NCBI GenBank assembly: GCA_963823665.1
Contig: CAWGMQ010000011.1
Location: 928,001-992,000, forward strand
From: an uncultured Planctomycetota bacterium
Lineage (GTDB): Bacteria > Planctomycetota > Planctomycetia > Isosphaerales > Isosphaeraceae
DNA length: 64,000 nucleotides
Direction of reading: 5' to 3'
Both the position numbers and the translations under genes were made by a program. Every line of letters starts with the position of its first letter. Position 1 is the first letter of the stretch. Below are positions 34,075 to 44,850 of the stretch, in pieces. The notes beneath the pieces were generated by a model, which saw only the letters and a list, made by a program, of their open reading frames with translations, did no database searches and was not told the DNA's origin.

Positions 34075-34384
34075 TGTAGCGGGTTGCCGCAAGCGGCGCC
34101 GGCGTGCTCGGCGTCATGATACCGGTGGGACTGGGCTGGGTCGATCACGGCGAGTCTCCTGCCGGGTATCCCAAACACACCTGATGATACAATGAGCGCG
34201 GCTCATCATCGAGTGCCAACAAGTCGTCCGGCGATTGCACGACTTGATCGTGACGAGGCACGCGCCGTCTTCAGCCGCCATGGCGGATCGCCTGCCTCAA
34301 TGGCGTGAATGATTTTGGTGACTTCGCGTGTTGGGCGGGGCCGATGATCTATTGAATTGCCAGCGATCAGGTGGAGCGCTTGCT

Positions 34385-34591
34385 TCAGCCGGCCGGCGTC
34401 GCTGGCACCGGCGTCAACTGCTGCAAGTGCACGCGCGCTGCTTCGAGCAGTTGCTCGTCCTCGATGTCCCAGATTTCTTGATCGGCCCAGCCGGCCGCAT
34501 TCGCCACAAGTTGACGCCATCGCCAATCCGGATACCTCTGGGATAGTTCCGCTATCGTCGCCAGTAACCCGGCACGCTCTTGGCTGTTCAT
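34385..34591 (-). CDS. Small hypothetical protein
   Basis: MNSQERAGLLATIAELSQRYPDWRWRQLVANAAGWADQEIWDIEDEQLL, a natural-looking helical 68-aa protein. Confidence 0.55.
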   Translation of the reverse strand: MNSQERAGLLATIAELSQRYPDWRWRQLVANAAGWADQEIWDIEDEQLLEAARVHLQQLTPVPATPAG

Positions 34592-35183
34592 GGCAGACGG
34601 TTGCCGGGGTCCACATCGATGAACTGAGGCATCCTTTTGCGTGCCGCCCTCGCAGCTCGGATCCTGCCAGCAACACCAATAGAATTCTACCGCTTCAAAC
34701 CAATTACCGCCATCGTCGCAACGTGTCATTGCGCACAGCCGCCTTGCCTTCCCCGCGCCGGAAATGCGTCGCAGTCCTCACGTCGCTCAGCGGAGCGCTT
34801 CACTGGGTGGAACCGGAGTGAGCCCGACCAGGGGCGATGCAAATCCGCATCCTCGTGTGGCTCCCGTTATCTCGCAGTCGTCGTTCACGACGATCGCGAA
34901 TTGAGGCGGCGGGAAAACACGCGCGTCCATCGTCTTATTCCACCCCAAGTTATCCGAGCGATTTTGGCCCTGATGCGAGTCTCAAGAGAGCCGTAGAGAC
35001 GTTAGGAATATCGCCCTTGGGGTCAGAGTCTGCCTCTCCGACGACGGTGCCTCACCGCTTGAGAACAAGTTCTGCAAATCGGGAGGTAGCGTAAACGATG
35101 CCGCGTCTCTTACACTGGTGTGGCGAATCGCTTTGAAGTCGCGCGGAAGGGAACATCCTTTCTACCGCGGCAAGATTGGTGGC

Positions 35184-35804
35184 ATGCCCGAACTCGACGC
35201 GCAGACGACGGTGCTGATCCAGTTGCTCGATCGCATGAAACGCGGCGATCGCGAGGCGCGCGATGAGCTGGTGCGAGCCTTCCAGGCTCGTCTGGAACTC
35301 CTCGGTCAGAAGATGCTGGGCAAATACCCGGGGGTCGGCCGTTGGGTCGAGGCGAGTGATGTGCTCCAGGACTCCCTCCTGCGACTGCTGCGAGCCCTGG
35401 AGTCGGTCCAGCCCGAGTCGACCCGCGCCTTTTTCGGCCTGGCCGCCGAGCAGATACGCCGCGAGTTGCTGGACCTGGCGCGGCACTTCTATGGGCCGCA
35501 GGGCTTGGGCGCCAACTACGCCAGCGCGGGAGCCGACCCCAAAGCGAGCCGGCCGGGGATCGAACCTGCGGATCCGGGTGACGATGACCTCGAGCGATGG
35601 TGCCGATTCCACGAAGAGGTGACCAGGCTCCCGGCCCAGGAGCGTGAGATCGTCGGCCTAATCTATTATCATGGGTGGACCCAGGCGCAGGTCGCCGAGT
35701 TGTTTCAGGTCAATGTCCGAACAGTCCGGCGCTGGTGGGAGTCGGCCCTCGTGAAGCTGCACCGCGAGCTGAAGGACGAGGAACTGACGGGCAGCCAATC
35801 GTGA
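35184..35804 (+). CDS. ECF sigma-70 factor, kinase-associated planctomycete type
   Basis: GDREARDEL, SDVLQDSLLRL, IRRELLDLARH, and sigma4 LPAQEREIVGLIYYHGWTQAQVAELFQVNVRTVRRWW. Confidence 0.9.
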   Translation: MPELDAQTTVLIQLLDRMKRGDREARDELVRAFQARLELLGQKMLGKYPGVGRWVEASDVLQDSLLRLLRALESVQPESTRAFFGLAAEQIRRELLDLARHFYGPQGLGANYASAGADPKASRPGIEPADPGDDDLERWCRFHEEVTRLPAQEREIVGLIYYHGWTQAQVAELFQVNVRTVRRWWESALVKLHRELKDEELTGSQS

Positions 35805-35865
35805 TGGGACTTTGTGTGCGCCGCGGCACGAGCAGGAGATCAAATACGTGGGATGCCACACGACC

Positions 35866-38800
35866 ATGGACGACCTGCTGCGACGCTGGGAGCGCTTGCA
35901 GGAGCAGAACAAGTCCGCCACAATCGAGGACCTCTCTGCGGACGTCGATGAGCAGCCCGCCGAAGTCAGGGAACGGCTCCAGGCTGTCGCGTCGATGATG
36001 TCGTTCCTCGGCATGGGAGCCGAGCCGGGACCATCCGGATCCATCGACGTTCGCCCCCCCGTTCCAGGGGTGCTCGATACCCTCGCGGTTCGCGTCGGCC
36101 CGGTCCCCCACATCCTTCTCCGCGACACCGACGGCAGCCCTGAGCCGCCACTGCATCGCCCGATTGGCGACGACCCGGGCTCGGGCACGCGGTTTCGGAT
36201 TGACGGCGAGATCGCCAGGGGCGGCATGGGATTGGTGCTCAAAGGGCGCGACCCGGACCTTGGCCGCGACGTGGCCCTGAAAGTGCTGCGGGAGGATTTC
36301 CGGGATAACGCCGACATGGTCCGCCGGTTCGTCGAGGAGGCGCAGATCGGCGGCCAGCTCCAGCACCCCGGCGTGGTGCCGATCTATGAGATGGGCACCT
36401 TCGGCGATTGCCGGCCGTTCTTCAGCATGAAGCTGGTCAAGGGGGACACGCTGGCCAAGTTACTTGCCGGCCGTCAGAATCCGGGCGACGGCCTGCCGAG
36501 GTTCCTCTCGATCTTCGAGTCGATCGCGCAAACAGTCGCTTATTCCCACGCCCGGGATGTGATCCACCGCGACCTGAAGCCGTCCAACGTGATGGTGGGC
36601 TCGTTCGGCGAGGTCCAGGTGATGGACTGGGGGTTGGCGAAAGTGCTGCCTCGCGGCGGGATCGCCGACGACGCCGAGGCTGGCAAAGTCCCCACGAGAG
36701 AGACGGTCATCGCCACGGCGCGGAGCGGCTCAGCGGACTCTGACCTCTCGCGCCGGGTCGGTTCTGGGCACGCCGGCCTACATGGCCCCCGAGCAGGCCC
36801 GGGGCGAGATCGACCGGGTCGACGAGCGGGCCGATGTCTTCGCGCTGGGGTCAATCCTGTGCGAGATCCTCACCGGGGAGCCGGCGTTCATCGGACGGAA
36901 TTCGGGCGAGATTCAGCGCAAGGCCGCACTGGGTGACCTGGCCGACGCGATGACTCGGCTCGACGCCGGTGGGGCCGATGCCGAGCTGATCGCACTGGCG
37001 AAGGACTGCCTGGCGCGCGAGCCGGCGGACCGCCTGACGTCGGCGGGCGTGGTGTCCGAACGCGTGACGGCCTACCTGGTCGGAGTGCAGGAGCGACTGC
37101 GTCGGGCCGAGCTGGAGAGAGTCGAGGAGCGGGCCAGGCGGCGGCTGACTACCGTGGTGGCGGCGGCGGTGATCCTGCTGGGCCTGGCCGGCGGCTGCGG
37201 CTATGTCTGGAATCAGCAAATGAGGGCCCAGCGGGTGGCGAAGACCGCCCGGGCCGTCGACGAAGCCCTGACAGACGCAACGCGGCTGCTCGGCGAGGCC
37301 CGGTCGGCGCCGCCGGGCGACGTGGGACGGTGGTCGGCGGCGATGGCCGCGTCCAAGCGAGCCGAGGGGCTGCTAGCCCAGGGCGAGGACCGACGCCCTG
37401 CTGAAGGACCGGGTGGACACCCTGATCGCCGGGGTCGAGCGCGAGCGGGCCGCCGCTGCCGAGAAAGCCCGGCAGATCGAGATCGACCGGGTCTTGCTGG
37501 CCGACCTGGAATCCGTCCGGGGCAGCCGGGTCGATCACCACGAACTGAAACGATCCGACGCCGAGTACGCCGACGTCTTCCGCAAGGCCGGGCTGGACCT
37601 CGACGCGACCGGGCCTGAGGAGGCCGGGAAGTGGCTGACCTCTCGGACCGAACCGATCGAGATGGCCGGCTACCTCGACGATTGGGCCTTCGTCCGGCGG
37701 AGGCTGGGCCGGCCCGAGGCCGACTGGTGGCGCCTGGTCGCCGCGTCCCGGGCGGGCGACCCTGACGCGTGGCGTGACGCGCTGCGGGCGAAGTTCGGCC
37801 GCAACGACGCCGAGACCGTCGCCGAGCTCCGGCGCCTGTCCGACGATCCCAGGCTGGAGGACCAGCCTGCGCCGGGGCTCCTGCTCCTGGCGCGTCAGCT
37901 CAAGTTCGGCTGCGGCGACGGCGCCCGGACCGCGCAGGTCTTGCGCCGCGCCGCGCGACGCTATCCGGGCGACTTTCGCATCCACTTCGAACTGGCCCTT
38001 GCTCTCGGAGCCACAGTGGAGTCGAACGCGTCGTCGAATTATATCTTTCCCGATCCGGATGAGGCCGTGCGGCACTTGACGACGGCGCTAGGCATCCGCC
38101 CGTCCAGTGTCTCTACACACCTCGTTCTGAGCTATGCCTTGATAGCTGGCCGGAAGCTGGAGGAGGCTGAGGCCGAGTGTCGTGAGGCGGTTCGGCTCAA
38201 GCCTGATGATCCAGTAGCGCACGCGAGCCTCGGCGGCGCGTTGGGCTGGCAGGGAAAGAGTCCCGAGAATTTCCGCGAGCTCCGCGAGGCGATCCGCCTC
38301 AAGCCCGACGACGGTGGGATCCACGGGAATCTCGCTATCGCCCTGAGCAGCGCATTGAGATTCGACGAATCTCTCCCCGAATTCCGCGAGGCGATCCGCC
38401 TCAAGCCCGACCTCCACGCGCTCTATCTCGATTACGCCAACGCCCTTCGGCGGAAGACCGATTACGTCGGAGCCCTGGCCGTCATCCGCAAAGCCCAGGC
38501 GTTGAGCGGGCGTTCGCTGGTCGATTACCACCATCCGCCCGAGTGGTTCGCCAAGCTCGAGTCGCTGGCGGCGCTCGACAGCGCCTACCGGCGATCCTGA
38601 AGGGGGAGGACCGTCCCAGGAACGTGGCCGAGCGACTCAGCCTGGCGCAGATGTGCATGGACAAAAAGCTCAAAGTCGCAGCTCTCAGGTTCTGGACCGC
38701 GGCGCTCGAGGAAGATCCGAAGCTTGGCGACAACCGCAAAGCGCAGCACCGATACAATGCCGCCTGCGCGGCTCTGTTGGTCGCGTCGGGCCAAACCAAG

Positions 38801-39091
38801 GACGCCACCCCACTCGACCAGGGGGCCAGGGCCGATCTCCGCCGCCGCGCGCTCGCATGGCTCCGTGCTGAGGTTGCATCCTGGACCGCCGTCTTCGAAT
38901 CCGGCTCGCAGCCGGAACGGGCCACGGCCCTTTCGGTCATCCGGTGGTGGACGCGTGACGTCGACCTGAATTCGATCCGCGATGCCGACGCCCTGGCGAA
39001 GCTGCCCGAAGCAGAGCGAAGGGATTGGCGGAGTTTCTGGAATGAATACGATGCGCTGATGCGCAAGGGCGGCGAAACCAAACCCCGGTGA
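35866..39091 (+). CDS. Membrane Ser/Thr protein kinase with TPR repeats (about 3 frameshifts)
   Basis: [41 protein letters not shown] helix; TPRs; C-term RYNAAC...[12 protein letters not shown]. Confidence 0.9.
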
Positions 39092-39416
39092 ATTCGGGCG
39101 GGGCTGCGTGCCGGCTTTCCCGACCGAAACTAGCGCGCCCTCGCCGGTCGAGGGCGCGGTGCATTCCAAGCTGGCCCACGGGATGGATCGCGGTGCGCTA
39201 CGTCCTGGACACGGTTTTCTTCATGCGACCCTCACCGACGCCGATGGATCGAACGGGCTCCTGAAACTCTGAGATTGCTATGACTTACGGCGACCACAGC
39301 GGAGCCTGCTCCTGTTCGATCGTGTCCGAGTCTATCCAGCTAGCCGAAAAAACTTCAGCCCGCCGTGCCCTCTTCGGCGATCGGCTTACGCTCCCCAATG
39401 AGGCACCTCTGGGTGC
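39080..39416 (+). repeat. Conserved ~330 bp non-coding element, copy 1
   Basis: Aligns by eye end to end with 42332-42656 and 44513-44850 (GGTGAATTCGGGCG...CTACGTCCTGGACACGGT...GACTTACGGCGACC...CTGTTCGATCGTGTCCGAG...GCCGAAAAAACTTC...ATCGGCTTACGCTC). Confidence 0.92.
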
Positions 39417-39525
39417 CCGGCCGGCGCCGAGGCGAGATTCGGCGGGTTCTGCTGGTTCTGAATTCGAGCTGAGTGCCCGTTTCTGGACCCGAATGGACGA
39501 GAACGCACACCCAAGGACTCTGATC

Positions 39526-41493
39526 ATGAGACTTGCATTTCGCCGCACATCCGGTCGCTCCGCATCGACCCTGGGCCGCGCCCGCCGACGGCGTTGGAAG
39601 CCCGGCTTCGACCGGCTCGAGAGTCAGATCCTCCCGAGCGGATCGATCGTCGCCTGGGGTAACAACTCCGAGGGACAAATCGATGTGCCGGCGGGTACCG
39701 ACTACACGGCGATCGCCGCGGGCTATGACTTTGGCTTGGCGCTGACGTTTGACGGGTCGATCGTCGGGTGGGGTGACAATTCCGAGGGCCAGCTCGACGT
39801 GCCGACTGGCACGGGCTACACCGCCATCGCCGCCGGGAATACTTTCGGCCTGGCGCTGACGTCCAACGGCTCCATCGTCGCCTGGGGAGGTAATGGCAAT
39901 GTGACCGCCCCAGCGGGAACCGGGTACACCGCCATCTCCGCTGGGGCCAGCTTTGGCCTGGCGCTGACGTCTGATGGCTCGATCGTGGGCTTGGGGGATG
40001 ATATCGGCGGGCCGCTGCCGTCAGGGACCGGCTACACCGCCATCGCCGCCGGGAACGGCTTCACCGCGTTCGCACTGGCGTCCGACGGCTCGATCGTGAA
40101 CTTCGGGGCTAACGTACCGGTGCCGGCGGGGACCGGCTACACCGCCATCGCCGCCGCGGCCTATTACGGCCTGGCGCTGACGTCCAACGGCTCGATCACG
40201 GGGTTTGTCGACACTACCGAAAACACGCTGCCCACGGGCATGCCGTCCGGGACGGGCAACACCGCCATTGCGGCATCCAACGACTTCGGCCTCGCGTTGC
40301 AATCCGACGGTTCGATCGTTGGCTGGGGCCTCAATTACGACGGCCAGACGAATACCCCTGCCGGCAGCGACTTCACGGCGATCTCCTCGGGCGGCGGCTG
40401 GGGCCTGGCACTGGAACAGGCATCCCAAGCCAGCCCCACGCTCGTCACGACCGCCAGCCCAGCTACCGTCGCCCTGGGTGACAGCGGCTCCCCGACGCTG
40501 ACCGATTCCGCCGTCCTATCGGGCGGCTCCGACCCGACCGGAACCATCACGTTCACGTTATCCGGTCCGTCGGGCAAAACTGTGGACACGGAGAGTGTGC
40601 CGGTCCATGGCAACGGCACCTACGCCACGCCTTCGGGCTACACATTGCCGGAATCGGGCACCGTGGCCGGCACCTACACCTGGGCCGCAAGCTATAACGG
40701 CGACGACAATAACAATCCAGCGAACGATCAGGGCGGCGCCGAGCAAACGGTGGTTAGCCCGGCCAGCCCCACGCTGGTCACGACGGCCACCCCATCCGCG
40801 GTCACCGTGAGTAATAGCGGAACCGTCACGCTGACCGACTCGGCGACGCTCGCCAGCGGGCACCTGTCCGACGGCCTGGCGAGCTCCATCACGTTCACAT
40901 TGACCTGCAACGGCAAGCCCGTTCCGGCGGCAACGCAGACCGACACGGTCACCCGGAACGGCAGCTATACGGCCCAGTACACTCTGGCGGCGTCGAACGG
41001 CGTGGCAGGGATTTACTTGTGGTCGGCTGTTTACAGCGGCGACGCCAACAACCAAAGCGCCACCGACAACAGCGCCAATGAAAAGACCGTGGTTAGCGTG
41101 ACCTCGCCGACGATCATCGGCGAGAAGGCCGTCTGGCAGCACAAGTTGAACAAGAAAGGCAAACCGGTCGGCAAGCTCGTCCTGCAAGGGTTCACACTCC
41201 AGTACAACCTCGCGATGGGACCGTCCGCCGCGAGTGCCGTCGATTACACTCTGGAGACCATCGTCTCCAAGGCCACGAAGAACAAGCCCGCCAAGGTGAA
41301 GCTGGTCGGCTTCACGGTCACCTATTCCCCTTCCAATGATACAGCGACCCTCAATCTCGTGGGCAACCAGACGTTTGCCAACGGCGGCCTGCTGATCGCG
41401 AGCAGCTCAATCGCCAGCACGAGCGGCGCGACGCTGACGGGAAATCGCTCGTTCTCGATCGGTAAGGGGGGCAAGACCATTGGGACTTCATGA
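39526..41493 (+). CDS. Secreted RCC1-like repeat protein with Ig-like repeats and Lys-rich C-terminal domain
   Basis: Arg-rich N-term plus FDRLESQILPS; about 6-7 YTAIAAG..FGLALTSDGSIVGWG repeats; two ASPTLVTTA...LTDSA...Y.W.A.Y.GD.NN modules. Confidence 0.85.
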   Translation: MRLAFRRTSGRSASTLGRARRRRWKPGFDRLESQILPSGSIVAWGNNSEGQIDVPAGTDYTAIAAGYDFGLALTFDGSIVGWGDNSEGQLDVPTGTGYTAIAAGNTFGLALTSNGSIVAWGGNGNVTAPAGTGYTAISAGASFGLALTSDGSIVGLGDDIGGPLPSGTGYTAIAAGNGFTAFALASDGSIVNFGANVPVPAGTGYTAIAAAAYYGLALTSNGSITGFVDTTENTLPTGMPSGTGNTAIAASNDFGLALQSDGSIVGWGLNYDGQTNTPAGSDFTAISSGGGWGLALEQASQASPTLVTTASPATVALGDSGSPTLTDSAVLSGGSDPTGTITFTLSGPSGKTVDTESVPVHGNGTYATPSGYTLPESGTVAGTYTWAASYNGDDNNNPANDQGGAEQTVVSPASPTLVTTATPSAVTVSNSGTVTLTDSATLASGHLSDGLASSITFTLTCNGKPVPAATQTDTVTRNGSYTAQYTLAASNGVAGIYLWSAVYSGDANNQSATDNSANEKTVVSVTSPTIIGEKAVWQHKLNKKGKPVGKLVLQGFTLQYNLAMGPSAASAVDYTLETIVSKATKNKPAKVKLVGFTVTYSPSNDTATLNLVGNQTFANGGLLIASSSIASTSGATLTGNRSFSIGKGGKTIGTS

Positions 41494-41505
41494 GGAGATG
41501 TTTCC

Positions 41506-42179
41506 ATGGCACTCCGCAGACTACGCGACGCGAGGGCGTTCGATGCAAAACCGCGACCAACGAACGCGAACGCGCGGAAGCGGCCGCGGTCCCTTCGCCG
41601 CGTTGAAAAGCTCGAGCGACGCTGCCTGATGGCGTCTCTGAGCCTGCTCAACCCCGCAGCGCTCGAGGGCGCTAACTCCTTTCGGGATTATGCGCCATAT
41701 TCCCCAGGCCTGCCCGGGATTTCGCCCCTCGCGCCGGCCAACTATGCTGTCGTAATCCACACGAGCACCAGCGGCAGCGAAAAGCCAGATTCTCAAGGAA
41801 CCCTAGCGGCGCCGTTGCAGTTCGAGCTCATGCCAGGTCCCGGAGAGACGAATGGGGAAATGGGCGAGGTCGCCCTGACGTCCGCTTATTATCTCTCCTC
41901 AGCGGTGGCGGGCAGCAATCCAAACGCCGGCCAGGCCGTCGAATCAATCTCCGAAACGGTCTCGTGGTCTGGACAGCAAAAGACAATTCTTTCGGTTCAG
42001 CAGGAGGAAGGCAATTATCAGTTCTAGAGTCCCGCTGTGAACACGACACTCGCGGTCCCGATCGGTTCGATCGTCGCGTTATCAGCAACGGACGCGGTCA
42101 GCGCGAAACGGTCCTGGCCGGTATCCCGGCTGCCGACGGTGCGTCGAGCACGCCCGATTACTCGGCGGTCGTCGATTAG
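41506..42179 (+). pseudogene. Broken secreted protein gene: N-terminal 173 aa plus an orphan C-terminal tail
   Basis: RRVEKLERRCLMA export-type motif, stop at 42027; 42108-42179 encodes TVLAGIPAADGASSTPDYSAVVD*, nearly identical to the end of 42835-44235. Confidence 0.65.
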
Positions 42180-42244
42180 GGGAGAAGAAGAGAGTTAAGA
42201 GCCGCGGCAGCGAGAACCAACTGAAGAATGGATGTCTTCGACTT

Positions 42245-42343
42245 CTCGCCAAGCTCCCGGAGGCGGAGCGGAAGGAATGGCAGGCAATCTGGGAGCAGGT
42301 TGATGCCTTGGTCCGCAAGGCCGGCGACGCCAAACCGCGGTGA
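42245..42343 (+). pseudogene. Orphan 3' tail of a paralogous Ser/Thr kinase gene
   Basis: [32 protein letters not shown] versus [32 protein letters not shown] at 38993-39091. Confidence 0.85.
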
Positions 42344-42656
42344 ATTCGGGCGAGGCTGCGTGCCGGGATTCCCGACCGGAAGTAGCACGCCCGCTCCGGT
42401 CGAGGACGCGGCGCATTGCGAGCTGGCCCACGGGATGGATCGCCGTGCACTACGTCCTGGACACGGTCGTCTTCATGCGCCCTCACCGACGCCCTAGATC
42501 GAACGGGCTCATGAAACTCTGAGATTGCTATGACTTACGGCGACCGCAGCGGCGCCTGCTCCTGTTCGATCGTGTCCGAGTCGATCCAGTTAGCCGAAAA
42601 AACTTCGGCTGGCCGTGTCCTCTTCGCAGATCGGCTTACGCTCTCCAATCAGGCAC
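42332..42656 (+). repeat. Conserved ~330 bp non-coding element, copy 2
   Basis: Collinear with copies 1 and 3. Confidence 0.92.
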
Positions 42657-42834
42657 ACGGCAGAGGCCGGCAGGAGCCGACGAGAGACCCGAGTCACTGC
42701 ATTTGGCGTAGAAGGACGCGAAAACGTCTTATCAGGCACACCAGCTCGCGGCCGGTAACGGCCCGCCGTGGGGCGGTACGCCTCACCACAGACAGATCCG
42801 GTCCGACAGCAACACAGATCGAGGATGTACGCCG

Positions 42835-44235
42835 ATGACGCGCGACAGATTTGCGAGCTGGAAACCCAGAAATGCCAGGACGTCACGGCGCGGCGTCGCC
42901 ACGCGGCCACTTCTCGAGCCATTGGAGCCGAGGGCGCTCCTCACGTCGATCATCGATCTTGGGCCCGGGGAAGCCTATGCTATCAACAACTCCGGCCAGG
43001 TCGCGGGCACCACGGCCAGCGGTCAGGCATTCCTTTACAGTGGCGGCCAGATAACCGACCTGGGCATCGTGCCCGGCTACACATCCAGCGACGGTCGTGG
43101 AATCAACGACTCCGGCCAGGTCGTAGGCACTTTGAGTGGCAACAAATATGGCACCGATGGGGCCTTTCTCTACAGCCGGGGCACGGGGATGATCGCGTTG
43201 GGAGCCCAGCCCAGTGTGGATAGCCAGGCTTTCGGAATCAACGACTCCGGCCAGGTCGTGGGGTACGGGTCCACGGCGGGTTCAGCTAGTGCGGGGTTCC
43301 TCTACACTGAGAGTACAGGTGGGTGGACCGACTTGGGCAACCCGCCCGGCTACTTGGTGAGCGAAGCCTTTGCAATCAGCAACTCCGGCCAGATCTTGGC
43401 GGACGCGTCCGCGGCGGGTTCAGGGTATAGTGCGGAGTTCCTCTATAATGAGAGTACAGGTGCGTGGACCGCCTTGGGTGATGCGGATGCCTACGCCATT
43501 AACAACTCCGGCCAGGTGGTGGGAGATTTCTATGACGCTGCTGCCGGCGAAATCCACGCCTTCCTTTCTAGTCCGGGTACGGGGATGATCGACTTGGGAA
43601 CTCCGCAAGGCGGACTTTATAGTATGGCCAGCGGCAGTAGTTTGGCCTACGGCATTAACAACTCCGGCCAGGTCGTGGGCGACGCGAATGTGGTCTACGG
43701 CGACGGTCACTCTAATGACGCCTTCTTCTACGGCGCCCAGACGGGCATGGTCAACCTCAACTCTCTGTTGCCTCCGGGCTCCGGGTGGGGCCTAGAATTC
43801 GCTAACGCGATCAATGATCATGGACAAATCGTAGGGCAAGGGTATAACCCCGAGGGCGAGCAGGACGCGTTCTTGCTTCAGCTAGGCGGACAGTCCCAGG
43901 GTCCTGCCCAGCCGGCGAACGTCACCGGCATGGTGAGCGCCGGCCAGAACAAGAAGGGCCTGATCGGGGTCACGGTCGTCTTCGACGAGGCATTGGACGG
44001 CAACGTGGTGAACGACCGGGCGCTGTTCAAGGTTCTCGGCGCCGTGAAGAAGCAGCACAAGACGGTCTACACGCAGGCCGTGCACATCAAGGCGCTCAGC
44101 TTCGATGGGCAGACTCGCGTGACGATCAAGCTCGCCAAGCCCTACAAGGGTGCCGTGAAGGTCACGGTCCTCGCCGGCATCCCGGCTGCCGACGGCGCGT
44201 CGAGCGCCAGCGCTTACTCGGCGGTTGTCGATTAA
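42835..44235 (+). CDS. Secreted HAF-type repeat protein with Lys-rich C-terminal domain
   Basis: LEPLEPRALLT motif; repeated AYAINNSGQVVG...AFLY...MIDLG units. Confidence 0.88.
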   Translation: MTRDRFASWKPRNARTSRRGVATRPLLEPLEPRALLTSIIDLGPGEAYAINNSGQVAGTTASGQAFLYSGGQITDLGIVPGYTSSDGRGINDSGQVVGTLSGNKYGTDGAFLYSRGTGMIALGAQPSVDSQAFGINDSGQVVGYGSTAGSASAGFLYTESTGGWTDLGNPPGYLVSEAFAISNSGQILADASAAGSGYSAEFLYNESTGAWTALGDADAYAINNSGQVVGDFYDAAAGEIHAFLSSPGTGMIDLGTPQGGLYSMASGSSLAYGINNSGQVVGDANVVYGDGHSNDAFFYGAQTGMVNLNSLLPPGSGWGLEFANAINDHGQIVGQGYNPEGEQDAFLLQLGGQSQGPAQPANVTGMVSAGQNKKGLIGVTVVFDEALDGNVVNDRALFKVLGAVKKQHKTVYTQAVHIKALSFDGQTRVTIKLAKPYKGAVKVTVLAGIPAADGASSASAYSAVVD

Positions 44236-44512
44236 GGGAGAAGATGAGAGTTGCGGGTTCAGGCGACACCATATGGAATTACCGCGGAGTTCGGGCCGGC
44301 GGAGTCTGTGGCCAGCAGACTGAATCCCAGCGGCAAGTGGAGCGGCCATCGGTATCGGCAATGCCACATTGGGCCGGTTGGGTGGGTCCGAACGCCTAAC
44401 CGTGGTCGACGCTCGAAAACAGAGGATGCGGTCGACTCTGGTCTTGTTTCGCCAGTTGCCGATCCGATCGCACGCGCTACGATTCGCCTGCACTCCGACC
44501 CGCGCTTCGCCG

Positions 44513-44850
44513 AAACCCCGGTGAATTCGGGCGAGGCTGCGTGTCGGGATTGCCGACCGGGAAGTAGCGAGCCCTGGCCGGTCGAGGACGCGATGCATTC
44601 CGAGTTGGCTCACGGGATGGATCGCCGTGCACTACGTCCTGGACACGGTTTTCTTCATTCGCCATCGGGGACGCCGGTGGATGGAACGGGCTCCTGAAAC
44701 TTGGAGCTTGCCGAGACTTACGGCGACCGCAGCGGCGCCTGCTGCTGTTCGATCGTGTCCGAGGTGATCCAGCTAGCCGAAAAAACTTCGGCCGGCCGTG
44801 CCCTCTTCGCCCATCGGCTTACGCTCTCCAATCAGGCACCTCTCAGTGCC
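44513..44850 (+). repeat. Conserved ~330 bp non-coding element, copy 3
   Basis: Collinear with copies 1 and 2. Confidence 0.92.

Noticed and set aside
347..39091. Programmed frameshifting or mass pseudogenisation
   Set aside because: No common slippery motif was evident and the affected genes are unrelated; sequencing error is more parsimonious
39280..39525. MTYGD(H/R)SGACSCSIVSESIQLAEKTSA peptide as a conserved leader or N-terminus
   Set aside because: The ATG is absent in copy 3, the frame does not join the cargo gene in copy 2, and the similarity just reflects the DNA repeat
39080..44850. Repeat copies as IS/MITE, integron attC sites or DGR template/variable repeats
   Set aside because: No terminal inverted repeats or target duplications seen, too long for attC and lacking its core sites, no reverse transcriptase, and differences are not adenine-specific
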